Translations under genes and position numbers: made by a program
Assembly: GCA_050309605.1 (NCBI GenBank)
Contig: JBNRMN010000001.1
Location: 1 to 64,000 of the forward strand
Length of the DNA: 64,000 bases
DNA from: Anaerohalosphaeraceae bacterium
GTDB taxonomy: Bacteria > Planctomycetota > Phycisphaerae > Sedimentisphaerales > Anaerohalosphaeraceae
Direction: 5' to 3'
Shown: piece by piece, positions 48,894 through 58,784 of the stretch
Position numbering within the stretch: position 1 is the first letter of the stretch
Layout of the letters: every line of letters begins with the position of its first letter
The notes under the pieces: generated by a model
The model's input: only the letters and a program-made list of their open reading frames with translations
Database searches by the model: none
What the model was told of the DNA's origin: nothing

Positions 48894-49549
48894 TGGCACA
48901 GCGTTCGCGAAAAAAATCCGATGACGAGGCCGGCGGCGCACCGGACTGGATGGTGACATTTTGTGATTGTATGACGCTGCTGCTGACGTTTTTCGTGCTG
49001 CTGCTGAGTTTTGCGACCTTCCATAAGGAGACCATGCCGAAATTGGGGTTGTCGTTTGCTCAGTCGCTTCCGGCCATCGGATTATCGCAAAGCGACCAAA
49101 AGGATTCGATGTGGGAAAAAATGAGCAGCGATGAAACCGTCCGGCAGACGGAAGGCAGCGAGACGCGAACGCCCGATTCACGGCAAAGCGGCAATTTTAT
49201 GCGGGAAAAGCGAGCGCTGGATTTTCGCAATCTGAAGGTGTTTTCGGTGTCTTCGGAGACCTTTTTCTGGGGGCGCGGCGCGGCGATTTCCAACCGGGGC
49301 ATCGAGGTTCTCGATGCGCTGGCGGTCTTTCTTCGACATCAGCCGGCGCGGGTCGTCATCAGCGAAAACGGCCCGGACGGCAATGTGGAACTGGGGCTAA
49401 GGCGAGCCGCGGCGGTGATGGACTATCTGGTCGAGCAGCAGGGACTGGATCAGCGGTATTTCAGCCTGACGGCATCGAGCACAATGCGTGAAAAAAGCCC
49501 GCATCGTCAGCTTGAAATCACGCTGCTGGACAGGAGCCTTTACGAATGA
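48893..49549 (+). CDS. motB: Stator protein MotB-like (copy 1)
   Basis: WMVTFCDCMTLLLTFFVLL with conserved Asp; divergent OmpA-like domain. Confidence 0.85.
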   Translation: MAQRSRKKSDDEAGGAPDWMVTFCDCMTLLLTFFVLLLSFATFHKETMPKLGLSFAQSLPAIGLSQSDQKDSMWEKMSSDETVRQTEGSETRTPDSRQSGNFMREKRALDFRNLKVFSVSSETFFWGRGAAISNRGIEVLDALAVFLRHQPARVVISENGPDGNVELGLRRAAAVMDYLVEQQGLDQRYFSLTASSTMREKSPHRQLEITLLDRSLYE

Positions 49550-50280
49550 GCCGAAGCAATCGACGGACAGAGAAAAAAACCGGCGCTCCGGGGTACATTG
49601 TCACGTTTTCCGATATGATTACCCTGCTGCTGACCTTTTTTGTGATGCTGCTGAGTATGGCCGAGACACAGGTTGAAAAACATAAATTTGAAGTCGGTAT
49701 CAATTCCTTCCGTCGGGCCATTGCGGATATGGGATTGTCCGGGCTTTTGGTCAATCGCTCAATGAGTTCGACGTTTAACCACCCGAAAGTGTATTACCGT
49801 GTTGACGCCGGTCAGGATGAGCCGGAAGATCGTTCGATTGACGCCCAGACGGAGATGCTTCGCCGCGTGCTGATGGATATTGAGCAGATGATGACCATTT
49901 CGCCGTCGCAAATCACCGCGGCCCAAAAGACGACGTTTTCAACGCAGATTCGCTTTGCCCCGGGCCGGTGGGAGCTGGATTCCGACGGGCGCAATGAACT
50001 GAAAAAATGGGTGGAACAATTTAAGGTTCACTTTTCCGACCAGCGGCCGGCGCTGTATGTGCTGGCCCTGGCCCAGGACGCCCCGCCGTCGCAGCAATGG
50101 CCCGTCTCGGCCCGACGCGGACAAGCGGTTGCCGATTTTATTCGAGCACAGTTTCCCGACGACGTCAAGTGGCCGATTTACTGCTGGGGTGCCGGGCCGG
50201 GCGGCGACTGGGCCGGACACAGCGGGCCGGCCAATCCCGAAACGCAGATAATGATTACCGTCTTAATTGACAGCACGTAA
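49546..50280 (+). CDS. motB: Stator protein MotB-like (copy 2)
   Basis: YIVTFSDMITLLLTFFVML with conserved Asp; divergent OmpA-like domain. Confidence 0.85.
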   Translation: MSRSNRRTEKKTGAPGYIVTFSDMITLLLTFFVMLLSMAETQVEKHKFEVGINSFRRAIADMGLSGLLVNRSMSSTFNHPKVYYRVDAGQDEPEDRSIDAQTEMLRRVLMDIEQMMTISPSQITAAQKTTFSTQIRFAPGRWELDSDGRNELKKWVEQFKVHFSDQRPALYVLALAQDAPPSQQWPVSARRGQAVADFIRAQFPDDVKWPIYCWGAGPGGDWAGHSGPANPETQIMITVLIDST

Positions 50281-50436
50281 GCGCAAAGGCAAACAACAGG
50301 ACCCAGAGAACAGAAGGCCAAGATGAGCGGCCGGAGATTCTGGATTTTGAACAAATCCACGGCGTTGCGTTTAAGTTTTGGACGCCGCCGTGCGGGGGAG
50401 TATGCGCGATGGGGGAATTTGGGCGTCTTTTGCGTA

Positions 50437-50453
50437 TAGGCATACCATTTGCA
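50437..50453 (+). promoter_or_regulatory. Internal sigma54 promoter upstream of fliO
   Basis: TAGGCATaccatTTGCA with GG-N10-GC spacing. Confidence 0.65.
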
Positions 50454-50487
50454 CACCATTCAGCGAGTTGTTTTGTGAGGATAGTCT

Positions 50488-50988
50488 ATGTTGAAACAAC
50501 GTATCCTGTTGCTGGGTGGGTTGCTGGCGCTGTCCATTGTCGGGCAGGTCCTGCTGCGGCCGTGTCTGGGGACGCCTGAACGGGCGGGGGACGCCGCCGA
50601 TACCTCCGCGTTCGCTTCCCGAAGCGATCCATCCGAAGCAAACGACGCACACACAACCGAAGACGACGCTGCCGGTACGCCGATGTTTTCCGATGATACG
50701 GATTTTTTGCAGGGGCAGTTGTGGCGTCAGTTCTTTTATATGATTGGCTTTGTGGCGCTGGTTGGACTGGGGGCCTGGCTGGTCTGCCGCAAATTGGGCG
50801 GTGGGTCCGTCGGCGGGGGGCGGACCATTCGCCTCGGCGAGACCGTCCGGCTCGGCCCGCGAAAGTCGCTGCATCTGATTCGCGTCGGGTCTAAAACGCT
50901 GTTGGTCGGTGCGACCGGCGACCAGTTGTCGCTGCTGGCCGATGTCAGCGATCAAATCCCCGTCGATGAGGGAAAAACAGATGCGTAA
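50488..50988 (+). CDS. fliO: FliO/FliZ-family protein
   Basis: TM helix; LGPRKSLHLIRVGSKTLLVGAT. Confidence 0.85.
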   Translation: MLKQRILLLGGLLALSIVGQVLLRPCLGTPERAGDAADTSAFASRSDPSEANDAHTTEDDAAGTPMFSDDTDFLQGQLWRQFFYMIGFVALVGLGAWLVCRKLGGGSVGGGRTIRLGETVRLGPRKSLHLIRVGSKTLLVGATGDQLSLLADVSDQIPVDEGKTDA

Positions 50989-51772
50989 GCCGATGCTGCT
51001 GTGGGTGGTGCTGGGATTGCTGGCGGTGCTGCCGTGTGTCCCCTTGTCGGCTCAGACCAACGGCGGCCATACGCTGCCGTCGGTGCCGCAGCTGCTGGAC
51101 GTGGTGGACAAGGCCACGACCGACCCGACCGACGATACGCCGAATGAATGGAGCGCCCCGGTCAAGCTGGTGGTGTTGTTTACGCTGTTGGCGGTGCTGC
51201 CGAGTGTGCTGGCGATGACCACCTCCTTTACGCGGATTGTGATCGTGCTCGGATTTGTACGGCGGGCGCTGGGAACGCAGAATATCCCGCCGAATACGGC
51301 GGTGCTGGGGCTGGCGCTGTTTTTGACGCTGTTTACCATGGCGCCGACGTTTTATCGCGTTCAGGAGGAGGCGGTGCGCCCGTATCTGGACGATGAGATT
51401 GAATTTGATCAGGCCACAACAACGGTCAGCACCATTTTGAAAGAGTTTATGATTCGTCAGACACGCAAAAGCGATATGGCGCTGTTTGTCTCGATTGCCA
51501 AGGCCCCGATGCCCGAAAAGGTCAGCGATCTGGGGCTGCATATTGTCACACCGGCGTTTATTATCAGTGAATTTCGCACCGCCTTTGAAATCGGGTGTCT
51601 GGTGTTTATTCCGTTTTTATTGCTGGATCTGGTGATTGCCAGCGTGCTGCTCAGCGCCGGTATGATGATGCTGCCGCCGGTGATGATTTCGCTGCCGTTT
51701 AAGCTGATTTTATTCATTCTGGTCGATGGCTGGGGGGTGCTGGCGCAGGGATTAAGTTTGAGTTTCAGATGA
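50981..51772 (+). CDS. fliP: Export gate protein FliP
   Basis: TSFTRIVIVL, GLALFLT, PAFIISE, MMMLPPVMISLPFKLILFILVDGW. Confidence 0.96.
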   Translation: MRKPMLLWVVLGLLAVLPCVPLSAQTNGGHTLPSVPQLLDVVDKATTDPTDDTPNEWSAPVKLVVLFTLLAVLPSVLAMTTSFTRIVIVLGFVRRALGTQNIPPNTAVLGLALFLTLFTMAPTFYRVQEEAVRPYLDDEIEFDQATTTVSTILKEFMIRQTRKSDMALFVSIAKAPMPEKVSDLGLHIVTPAFIISEFRTAFEIGCLVFIPFLLLDLVIASVLLSAGMMMLPPVMISLPFKLILFILVDGWGVLAQGLSLSFR

Positions 51773-51809
51773 AAGTAATCAGAATTGAGAATTGAGAATT
51801 GGGGTTGCT

Positions 51810-52079
51810 ATGGATGTGGATGTAGTCCTTTATCTGGGTCGGCATACGATGGAAACAGCGCTGCTGCTGGCGGCGCCGATTCTGCTGGTCTGTATTTTTA
51901 CCGGTATTGTGGTTTCGCTGTTTCAGACGGTTACCTCGATTCGCGATATGTCGCTGACGATTGCACCGAAATTGATCGCCGTGGGGATCACATCGCTGCT
52001 GTTCGGCAACTGGATGCTGCAAATTCTGATGAAATTTACCACCGAGATCTTCAGCCGTATTCAAAGTTACGGTGTTTGA
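51810..52079 (+). CDS. fliQ: Export gate protein FliQ
   Basis: VSLFQTVTSIRDMSLTIAPKL, GNWM. Confidence 0.9.
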   Translation: MDVDVVLYLGRHTMETALLLAAPILLVCIFTGIVVSLFQTVTSIRDMSLTIAPKLIAVGITSLLFGNWMLQILMKFTTEIFSRIQSYGV

Positions 52080-52155
52080 GAGGTCAGAGGTTAGAGGTCA
52101 GAGGGATTGGTCTGTGGGTATGGATTGGCGTTTTTGAGTACATAAGCGTGCTTTG

Positions 52156-52908
52156 ATGGATATTCCGACCAATAACATCTTCGGGTTTATGCTGATTCTG
52201 ACGCGGATCGGTGCGTTTTTTGCCGCGTCGCCGCTGTTTAGCTGGCAGACGATTCCGCATCGCAGCAAAATCACCATCGCGCTGATCCTGGCGAGTTTTT
52301 TTGCCGCGATCACGCCGTATCCGGCTCGCGCGGCGGCGATCAGTCCGGCTGAGGCCCTGTTGTTTTTATTGGACGAGACCGTTTACGGGCTGGCGCTGGG
52401 GCTGGTGGCCTACAGCTTGCTGGCGGTGGTCCGAGTGGGCGGGGGCATCATTGAGCAGCAAATGGGATTGACGATGGCCAATGTGATGGATCCGTTTCTG
52501 GGCGAAGAAAGCCGCCCGGTCGGGACGATTCTTGAAATCATTTTCGTGCTGATGCTGTTCGCGACCGAAGGGCACCATCTGCTGCTGCACATCCTGAGCC
52601 GAACGTTTGAGGGCTATCAGCCGGGGACGATGCCCACCATTGAAGCGCTGGCCGGCAGCGTCCTGAAAGCCGGTTCGGCGATGATGATGCTCGCATTGCA
52701 GTTGGCCGCTCCGATTCTGGCGACGTTCTTGCTGCTGATGGTCGTGCTGGCGTTTATGGCGCGGGTTGCACCGGAAGCGAATGTCCTGTTTTTAAGCCTG
52801 CCGCTGCGATGCGGCCTGGGATTATTGATGGTGGGGATTTTTATGCCGTTTCTGGCGGCGTATCTCAAACAGTTTGCGTTGTGGCTGAATCGGCTGATAC
52901 CCGTTTAA
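52156..52908 (+). CDS. fliR: Export gate protein FliR
   Basis: QQMGLTMANVMDP, GHHLL, RVAPEANV; multi-TM. Confidence 0.92.
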   Translation: MDIPTNNIFGFMLILTRIGAFFAASPLFSWQTIPHRSKITIALILASFFAAITPYPARAAAISPAEALLFLLDETVYGLALGLVAYSLLAVVRVGGGIIEQQMGLTMANVMDPFLGEESRPVGTILEIIFVLMLFATEGHHLLLHILSRTFEGYQPGTMPTIEALAGSVLKAGSAMMMLALQLAAPILATFLLLMVVLAFMARVAPEANVLFLSLPLRCGLGLLMVGIFMPFLAAYLKQFALWLNRLIPV

Positions 52909-52954
52909 TCATTCAAAACAGTTCGTCGCTCGCTATTCCGCTTGACCGAAACCA

Positions 52955-54013
52955 ATGGATAAGGAACAAAACAAAACCGAACAACCGACTCAGCATCGGC
53001 TGAGAAAAGCCCGGCAAGAAGGGCAATCGCCGCAAAGCCAGGAGATGCTCTCGGCCGCGACGCTGGCGACGCTGGTCGGGGCGACGGCGCTGCTCGGGCC
53101 GTGGTTTACCCGCTGGTGCAAGGCGCGGATTCGCGACGGCTTGGTACCGGATACCTCGGTGATGGAAAATAGCCAGGCATTTGTGGGATTTATGGGCCGG
53201 CAGATTATCGATATGATCCTGGTATCGCTGCCGTTTATCGCATTGATCTTCGCGGCGGGTGTGGGAGTGAGCTTGGCGATTTCCGGCTTGCAGTACAGTC
53301 CCAAAGCGCTCGAGTGGAAGCTGGACAAGCTCAGTCCGGCCAAGGGGCTGAAGGAATTGTTTTCGACCGAATCGCTGGTCAAGCTGGGGTTTTCCATCCT
53401 GAAGCTGCTGTTCATTGGAGTGCTTGTCTGGTTTTATCTCAAAGAGCGTCTGGATGTGCTGGTGACGTTTCAGTGGGTGCATACGGATCGCATGCTCGCC
53501 GCCATCGGAGGGTTGATTCTCGGCGCGGCGGTGCGGATTTGTGTGGGACTGGTCGTCATTGGAGTGTTTGATCTGATCTATCAAAAATGGAAATACATCG
53601 AAAACCTCAAGATGACCAAACAGGAAGTCCGCGATGAGCACCGCGACACCGAAGGGTCGCCGGAAGTCAAATCGCGAATTCGCCGAAAGCAGTACGAAGC
53701 GGCGATGCAGCGGATGCTTCAGGATGTGCCCAAGGCCGACGTGGTACTGGTCAACCCGACGCATGTGGCTGTGGCCTTGCGATATGATGCCTCGAAGATG
53801 CAGGCGCCGGTGGTGGTGGCCAAAGGCGGCGATCATATGTGCGAAAAAATCAAAGACATCGCCCGTGCGTACGGCGTGCCGATCATTCGCCGTCCGTCGC
53901 TTGCCCGCGAGCTGTTCGCGACGGTCAAACTCGGAAAACCCATCCCTGATGCGCTGTTTGTCGCGGTGGCTGAGGTGCTGGCGCTGGTCTATCGCCTGCG
54001 AAAAAGCCAATAA
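52955..54013 (+). CDS. flhB: Export switch protein FlhB
   Basis: KTEQPT, LKMTKQEVRDE, EGSPEVK, NPTH autocleavage motif, PVVVAKG. Confidence 0.95.
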   Translation: MDKEQNKTEQPTQHRLRKARQEGQSPQSQEMLSAATLATLVGATALLGPWFTRWCKARIRDGLVPDTSVMENSQAFVGFMGRQIIDMILVSLPFIALIFAAGVGVSLAISGLQYSPKALEWKLDKLSPAKGLKELFSTESLVKLGFSILKLLFIGVLVWFYLKERLDVLVTFQWVHTDRMLAAIGGLILGAAVRICVGLVVIGVFDLIYQKWKYIENLKMTKQEVRDEHRDTEGSPEVKSRIRRKQYEAAMQRMLQDVPKADVVLVNPTHVAVALRYDASKMQAPVVVAKGGDHMCEKIKDIARAYGVPIIRRPSLARELFATVKLGKPIPDALFVAVAEVLALVYRLRKSQ

Positions 54014-54130
54014 AGCGCGGAACAGTCAAGTCACCGCTCATTCCAGTGCCGGCTGAACCGCAGGGACCGCCGGGCCATTCGAGTTGTCCACCCCGTAAGG
54101 AGCCATAAAAAAATAATTTGACTGTTTTTT

Positions 54131-54211
54131 CACCACGAAGAACACGAAGATCACGCAGGAAATCCTTTTTTCTCACTGCAATCTTCGTGGTTTTTCGTGC
54201 CTTTCGTGGTT
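54131..54211. repeat. Inverted pair of 9-mer tandem tracts between convergent genes
   Basis: caccacgaagaacacgaagatcacgcagga versus tcttcgtggtttttcgtgcctttcgtggtt. Confidence 0.65.
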
Positions 54212-54309
54212 CAATGATTCGTAAATCACTCTTTTTATTTCTTTACGATATCTAAGAAGATGACGGTGCAGCGGGCCGTCTGCTGGGCGGATCCCGGCCA
54301 TGGCGGTGA

Positions 54310-55323
54310 TCAGGAGGTTTCTTTGGCGCAGGCGCGGGCGCGTTCCTGAAGGATGTCCATTTTGCTTCGAATTTCGGCGGACATCCGGCTGTTGGGAAAG
54401 TTCTGAACGATTTCTTTGCCCGTTTCCAGTGCCTTTTTCCAGTTCTTTTCGGTAACGGCAACGGAAAACTCCACGCCGAGATTGTGCAGTTTGGTGCGAA
54501 AGACGGTCACGGCCGATTCCTTCAGCGCCAGCGCCTCGGCGGGCGTCAGGTACAAGTCCAGTTCTTTGAGGATCTCAAGGCTGCGGTCGGTATCCTTGTT
54601 GCGCACGGCCAGATCCCATTCGGCCAGCAGTTCGCGTTTGTGCCGGTCCTTGTGTTCCCGCAGACGGGCGGGCATGGTTTTGGCCCTGTCGGAGTATGGA
54701 AAGGTTTTGATGAGACTTTCAATGTGTGCCGCCGCCTGCGCCCAGCGATATTGGCCGAGCAAATCATCGATATGAGCGATAATCTGATTGATGCGTCCTT
54801 CTTCGGTCGCGGTGCGATAGCGGTCTGCCATGCGTTTCAGACGGGCAGCCAATTCATGATATTTGGGTTGTTGTGCCATGGCCTCGATCATCGCCTCGGC
54901 CTGATCAAAATCATGCTGATGGAGTTTGTTCAGGGCCGCCTCGCCCAATTCCAATTGTTCGGCATCCCGAAAGACAATTTCTTTGGCGGTGTCGCTGAGC
55001 CGAACGCCCTGGGCGATCTGAACCAGCAGGGTGCTTTGTCGATTCAGCATTTCGCTGGAATTGTCCAGTTTTTCGCCGGTGTCTTTGAGGCTTCGCACCG
55101 TCTCATACGACAACAGCAAGATCACAAAGACCGCATAGGCCAGTGCCACGATAAACAGACCGCCGGCGATGACAAGCAAAGTCCCCCCGGTTTTGTCTTG
55201 GGGATTGTAGATTGACCCGCCGATGCCGGCGAAAATCAAGGCCGCTAAGACGATCAATGCAAACAGAAAATGCCACTTGAACCGCCAGATCGTGCTTTCT
55301 TTTCGACTCTTGAAAAAGTCCAT
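54310..55323 (-). CDS. Hypothetical membrane protein with helical (TPR-like) C-terminal region
   Basis: Two N-terminal TM helices; helical repeats; GGAG RBS. Confidence 0.78.
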   Translation of the reverse strand: MDFFKSRKESTIWRFKWHFLFALIVLAALIFAGIGGSIYNPQDKTGGTLLVIAGGLFIVALAYAVFVILLLSYETVRSLKDTGEKLDNSSEMLNRQSTLLVQIAQGVRLSDTAKEIVFRDAEQLELGEAALNKLHQHDFDQAEAMIEAMAQQPKYHELAARLKRMADRYRTATEEGRINQIIAHIDDLLGQYRWAQAAAHIESLIKTFPYSDRAKTMPARLREHKDRHKRELLAEWDLAVRNKDTDRSLEILKELDLYLTPAEALALKESAVTVFRTKLHNLGVEFSVAVTEKNWKKALETGKEIVQNFPNSRMSAEIRSKMDILQERARACAKETS

Positions 55324-55458
55324 TGCGCGTCTCCATACACAGCATAATCGCTCTGAAATTTATTGTATCCAAACGCGCAAGGGGTGTCAACTGATTTCAA
55401 CGGCAAACGTCGAACCGGATAAAGCCTAAATGGGTTAAATAAAACCGGATTTTACGTC

Positions 55459-56331
55459 CTAATCAAACCGTTCCAGCCAATGTTCGCTCAGCAGCATCAA
55501 ATGGTCGATCGTAATGAATCCGTCGATATGGTTGGGGTCGGTGATCAAAAGCTCACAGGGTATATTCGGGTCCGCAACGACATTGGGGTCATTGCAGTCG
55601 GCCAGCCAGGCCTGGGCCATAATATCGAAGTCATGGTAATCAATGGCGCAGTCGGTGTTGAAATCGCCAAACGTCGGGACATTCCGGCAAAGGCGAAAAT
55701 GGTCCAGCGCCAAATAGCTTTTATAAATTTTGTCCAGATAATCGCGGACCTCGCACGACAGAACGTATTGGCCGCATTGCGTGCCATCGAATCGGTGATT
55801 GAAGTATTGCCAGTCATCGGTTGAACCGTAATTTCCGACATCATAAGTCGAAATTTCAGCAAGAATCACCGGACGCAGCCCATCATTGGGATCGACCGGC
55901 TCGAGTAAAATGCGTCCGGTGTCATCATAGGGCAGATAATCACAGGTCCCGAAAAAGTAATACCCGGAAATCGTATCTCCCGGGCAAATCGAAATCACCT
56001 GCTCTATTCTCGAATACAGCGTTTTTCCGGCCGAATCCATCCCCTGCGCATCGCCTGTGGACAACACCACAAAAAACTCTCCCTCGACGGGGCTTGGAAT
56101 CGACCAATAAACCGGCTGTCGCTGTTCCGGTCTTGGTGAGAATTGGCGATGCAGGCCGACGTAGTTCAGATTGCCGGGGGTGTCGTCCCACTGCCAGTAC
56201 ATGGGCGGTGTGAACCACGTCGTGGCACGGTTTGGGTCCGGAATTTCAAAGCTGCTGTTGAGAAGTTGTCCCTCGGAAACGGCGCAGAAAGACACACCGA
56301 GCAGCGCGACAATAAGGGCGCGCAAATCCAT
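55459..56331 (-). CDS. Secreted protein with C-terminal dockerin-like module
   Basis: Signal peptide MDLRALIVALLG…; LLNSSFE; GDFNTDCAIDYHDFDIMAQAWL. Confidence 0.78.
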   Translation of the reverse strand: MDLRALIVALLGVSFCAVSEGQLLNSSFEIPDPNRATTWFTPPMYWQWDDTPGNLNYVGLHRQFSPRPEQRQPVYWSIPSPVEGEFFVVLSTGDAQGMDSAGKTLYSRIEQVISICPGDTISGYYFFGTCDYLPYDDTGRILLEPVDPNDGLRPVILAEISTYDVGNYGSTDDWQYFNHRFDGTQCGQYVLSCEVRDYLDKIYKSYLALDHFRLCRNVPTFGDFNTDCAIDYHDFDIMAQAWLADCNDPNVVADPNIPCELLITDPNHIDGFITIDHLMLLSEHWLERFD

Positions 56332-56902
56332 AAGAAAAAAGTCCCGAAAAATCAAAAAAACCGCCCCATTATCGGCAAAAAGATCGATTGTTATAATAAA
56401 AATAATTGCAGTATTAAATTTGGCCCGTGAAAACCCGGATGTCCGCAACTGCCTGCTTTCGTGGGGCTATCAAAAACAGACAGCCACCCTTTTCACATGG
56501 CAAGAATATATCGATTATTCTATCACATAATAACGCCAATGGGTTGAAAATTGTTTCAAAAAAAATAAAAACAGGGAAAACTCCGGATATTTGGGTTTTC
56601 GCGGCGGTACTTGGGGCAACATTTTCGGGCGAAGCGTTGTTTTTTTGCAACACGGGTGTAAGTGATTGAACTTTCAGGCGATTAGAGAACGATGGAACGC
56701 TGCGGATGTTGTCGCAAATCAACCGGGCGGATTAGGCGCTATAAAGCGCATATCTTGTGCAGCGAATTGTAACTGTTTATTTCAGTAAAGCTTGCGGTTA
56801 TCGCAAGACGGCGTCGAGGCGGTCGTTTGCCGGCGCATCGGTCAGGAATAAATTTTGCATCCCATCACGACATAAATCGATAATTTTCCGGAGGGCAGAG
56901 TG

Positions 56903-57160
56903 ATGGAAGAGGCCCCGATTGAAAAAAAATTGGCGGACTTGATCGAGGAGTTAAGGCAATTGCCGGCCCTGTTTGATTCCGGGCAAATCCTGGGGACCCG
57001 TCGAGGCCGGGCGGCTTTGAAGAAACGGCTGAAAACAGCGGATAGTATTCAGGAAGCAATGGATTTTTTGCGCATCGGCGTGAAGTATCTGTTGTTTGAT
57101 CTGGAGGCGACACGTCGTGAAAACGCCGTCTTGAAGCGCCAAATCGACGATGATTCATAA
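56903..57160 (+). CDS. Small coiled-coil hypothetical protein
   Basis: LRIGVKYLLFDLEATRREN motif; GGAGG RBS. Confidence 0.75.
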   Translation: MEEAPIEKKLADLIEELRQLPALFDSGQILGTRRGRAALKKRLKTADSIQEAMDFLRIGVKYLLFDLEATRRENAVLKRQIDDDS

Positions 57161-57301
57161 CGGGTTCAGGCCGAAGCAAGTGAAAACGCTCGACCCGCCG
57201 CGGGGATAGTTCCTCGCCAAGTGCATCCACATTCATCCGGCGTTTGGGTTTTATAGGTTGCGTATCGACAGTGCTCGGTCGGGCGGGTATAATCGCGTTC
57301 T

Positions 57302-58126
57302 ATGATTAACGAATATTCTGCGCAGACAATCCTGTTTGCTTTTGGGCTGACGCTGCTGGCGGGGCTTTCGACGGGCATCGGCAGTGCGGTGGCGTATTTT
57401 GCCAAGCGAACCAATGTTCGATTTTTGTCGGTTGCGCTGGGGTTTTCGGCCGGCGTGATGATTTACATTTCGCTTGTGGAGATATTTCACAAAGCCCTGG
57501 AAGACTTGCAGGGGGCGCTGGGAAACGGCAGCGGGTACTGGGCGGCCTCGGCGGCATTCTTTGGGGGGATGGGGGCCATTGCGCTGATTGACCGGCTTGT
57601 TCCATCGTATGAAAACCCGCACGAACCGCATACCGCCGAGCAGATGGAAGACAGGGCTGCTGCGGCCAAACAGCGAAAACTGCATCGAATGGGTGTGTTG
57701 ACGGCGCTGGCGATAGCCATTCACAATTTTCCCGAAGGGCTGGCGACGTTTGTGGCGGCGCTGACCGATCCGCATCTGGGGATTGCCATTACCGTGGCGG
57801 TTGCGATTCATAATATTCCCGAAGGGATTGCCGTGTCGGTTCCGATTTTTTATGCCACCGGCAGCCGAAAAAAGGCATTTGTTTACTCTTTTTTGTCTGG
57901 TTTATCCGAGCCGGTCGGGGCGCTGGTGGGGTTCGGGTTGCTGTTTTTGTTTTTCAATGAGGTAATGCTGGGCGTGGTTTTTGCGTCGGTGGCGGGGATT
58001 ATGGTCTTTATCTCGCTGGACGAGCTGCTGCCGGCGGCGCGCGAATACGGCGAGCATCACCTGTCCATCTACGGTGTGGTAGGTGGAATGGCGGTGATGG
58101 CGATCAGCCTGGCACTGTTTGAATAG
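57302..58126 (+). CDS. zupT: ZIP-family zinc transporter
   Basis: [24 protein letters not shown] and HNIPEG, SGLSEP, LDELLP. Confidence 0.95.
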   Translation: MINEYSAQTILFAFGLTLLAGLSTGIGSAVAYFAKRTNVRFLSVALGFSAGVMIYISLVEIFHKALEDLQGALGNGSGYWAASAAFFGGMGAIALIDRLVPSYENPHEPHTAEQMEDRAAAAKQRKLHRMGVLTALAIAIHNFPEGLATFVAALTDPHLGIAITVAVAIHNIPEGIAVSVPIFYATGSRKKAFVYSFLSGLSEPVGALVGFGLLFLFFNEVMLGVVFASVAGIMVFISLDELLPAAREYGEHHLSIYGVVGGMAVMAISLALFE

Positions 58127-58250
58127 CGCGGCAATCGAGGCAAAAACGTTTGAAAAAATGGTTTTTTAGGACGATTTGAGCAAAATTTTTGTTTAAACAA
58201 CGCAGCGACAGGGCATTGCTGAGTGAATTTCAAGTCAGATAAGTGTTGTG

Positions 58251-58784
58251 ATGAAACAAGAACATGACATTTCCGACACCAAATCATTTATAGGGCTGTT
58301 GGTGGCCAATCAGCGGCGAATCTGGGCGTTTATTCTCAGTTTGGTGCCGAATTTGAACGACGCTGAGGATATTTTGCAGGAAACACTCGTTGAGATGTGG
58401 ACCAAGTTTGATCGTTACCAGCCGGGCACGGATTTCGCGGCCTGGGGCGTGACCATCGCCAAATACAAGGTGCTGACTTATCGCAAAAAACAGAAGCCCC
58501 AATGCGTCTTCAGTGAACAGACGCTGCAATTGCTTGAGAACGATTGCCGCCATGTTCTGGATACGATGGATACCCATCTTGATATCCTCAGTCAATGTAT
58601 CCAGAAATTGTCCTCCAAAGATAAGCGGCTGCTGTCGCTGCGCTACGAAATGGACATGACGTACCAAAAAATGGCCGATTGCGTCGGGTCCACCCCTCAG
58701 GGGATTCATCGCGTTCTCAGTTACATCCATGGGCGGTTGGCACAGTGTATCCGTTTGACCCTTCGTTTGGAGGATGCGTCATGA
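58251..58784 (+). CDS. ECF sigma-70 factor
   Basis: DAEDILQET, FAAWGVTIA, region 4 LLSLRY…LAQCI. Confidence 0.92.
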   Translation: MKQEHDISDTKSFIGLLVANQRRIWAFILSLVPNLNDAEDILQETLVEMWTKFDRYQPGTDFAAWGVTIAKYKVLTYRKKQKPQCVFSEQTLQLLENDCRHVLDTMDTHLDILSQCIQKLSSKDKRLLSLRYEMDMTYQKMADCVGSTPQGIHRVLSYIHGRLAQCIRLTLRLEDAS

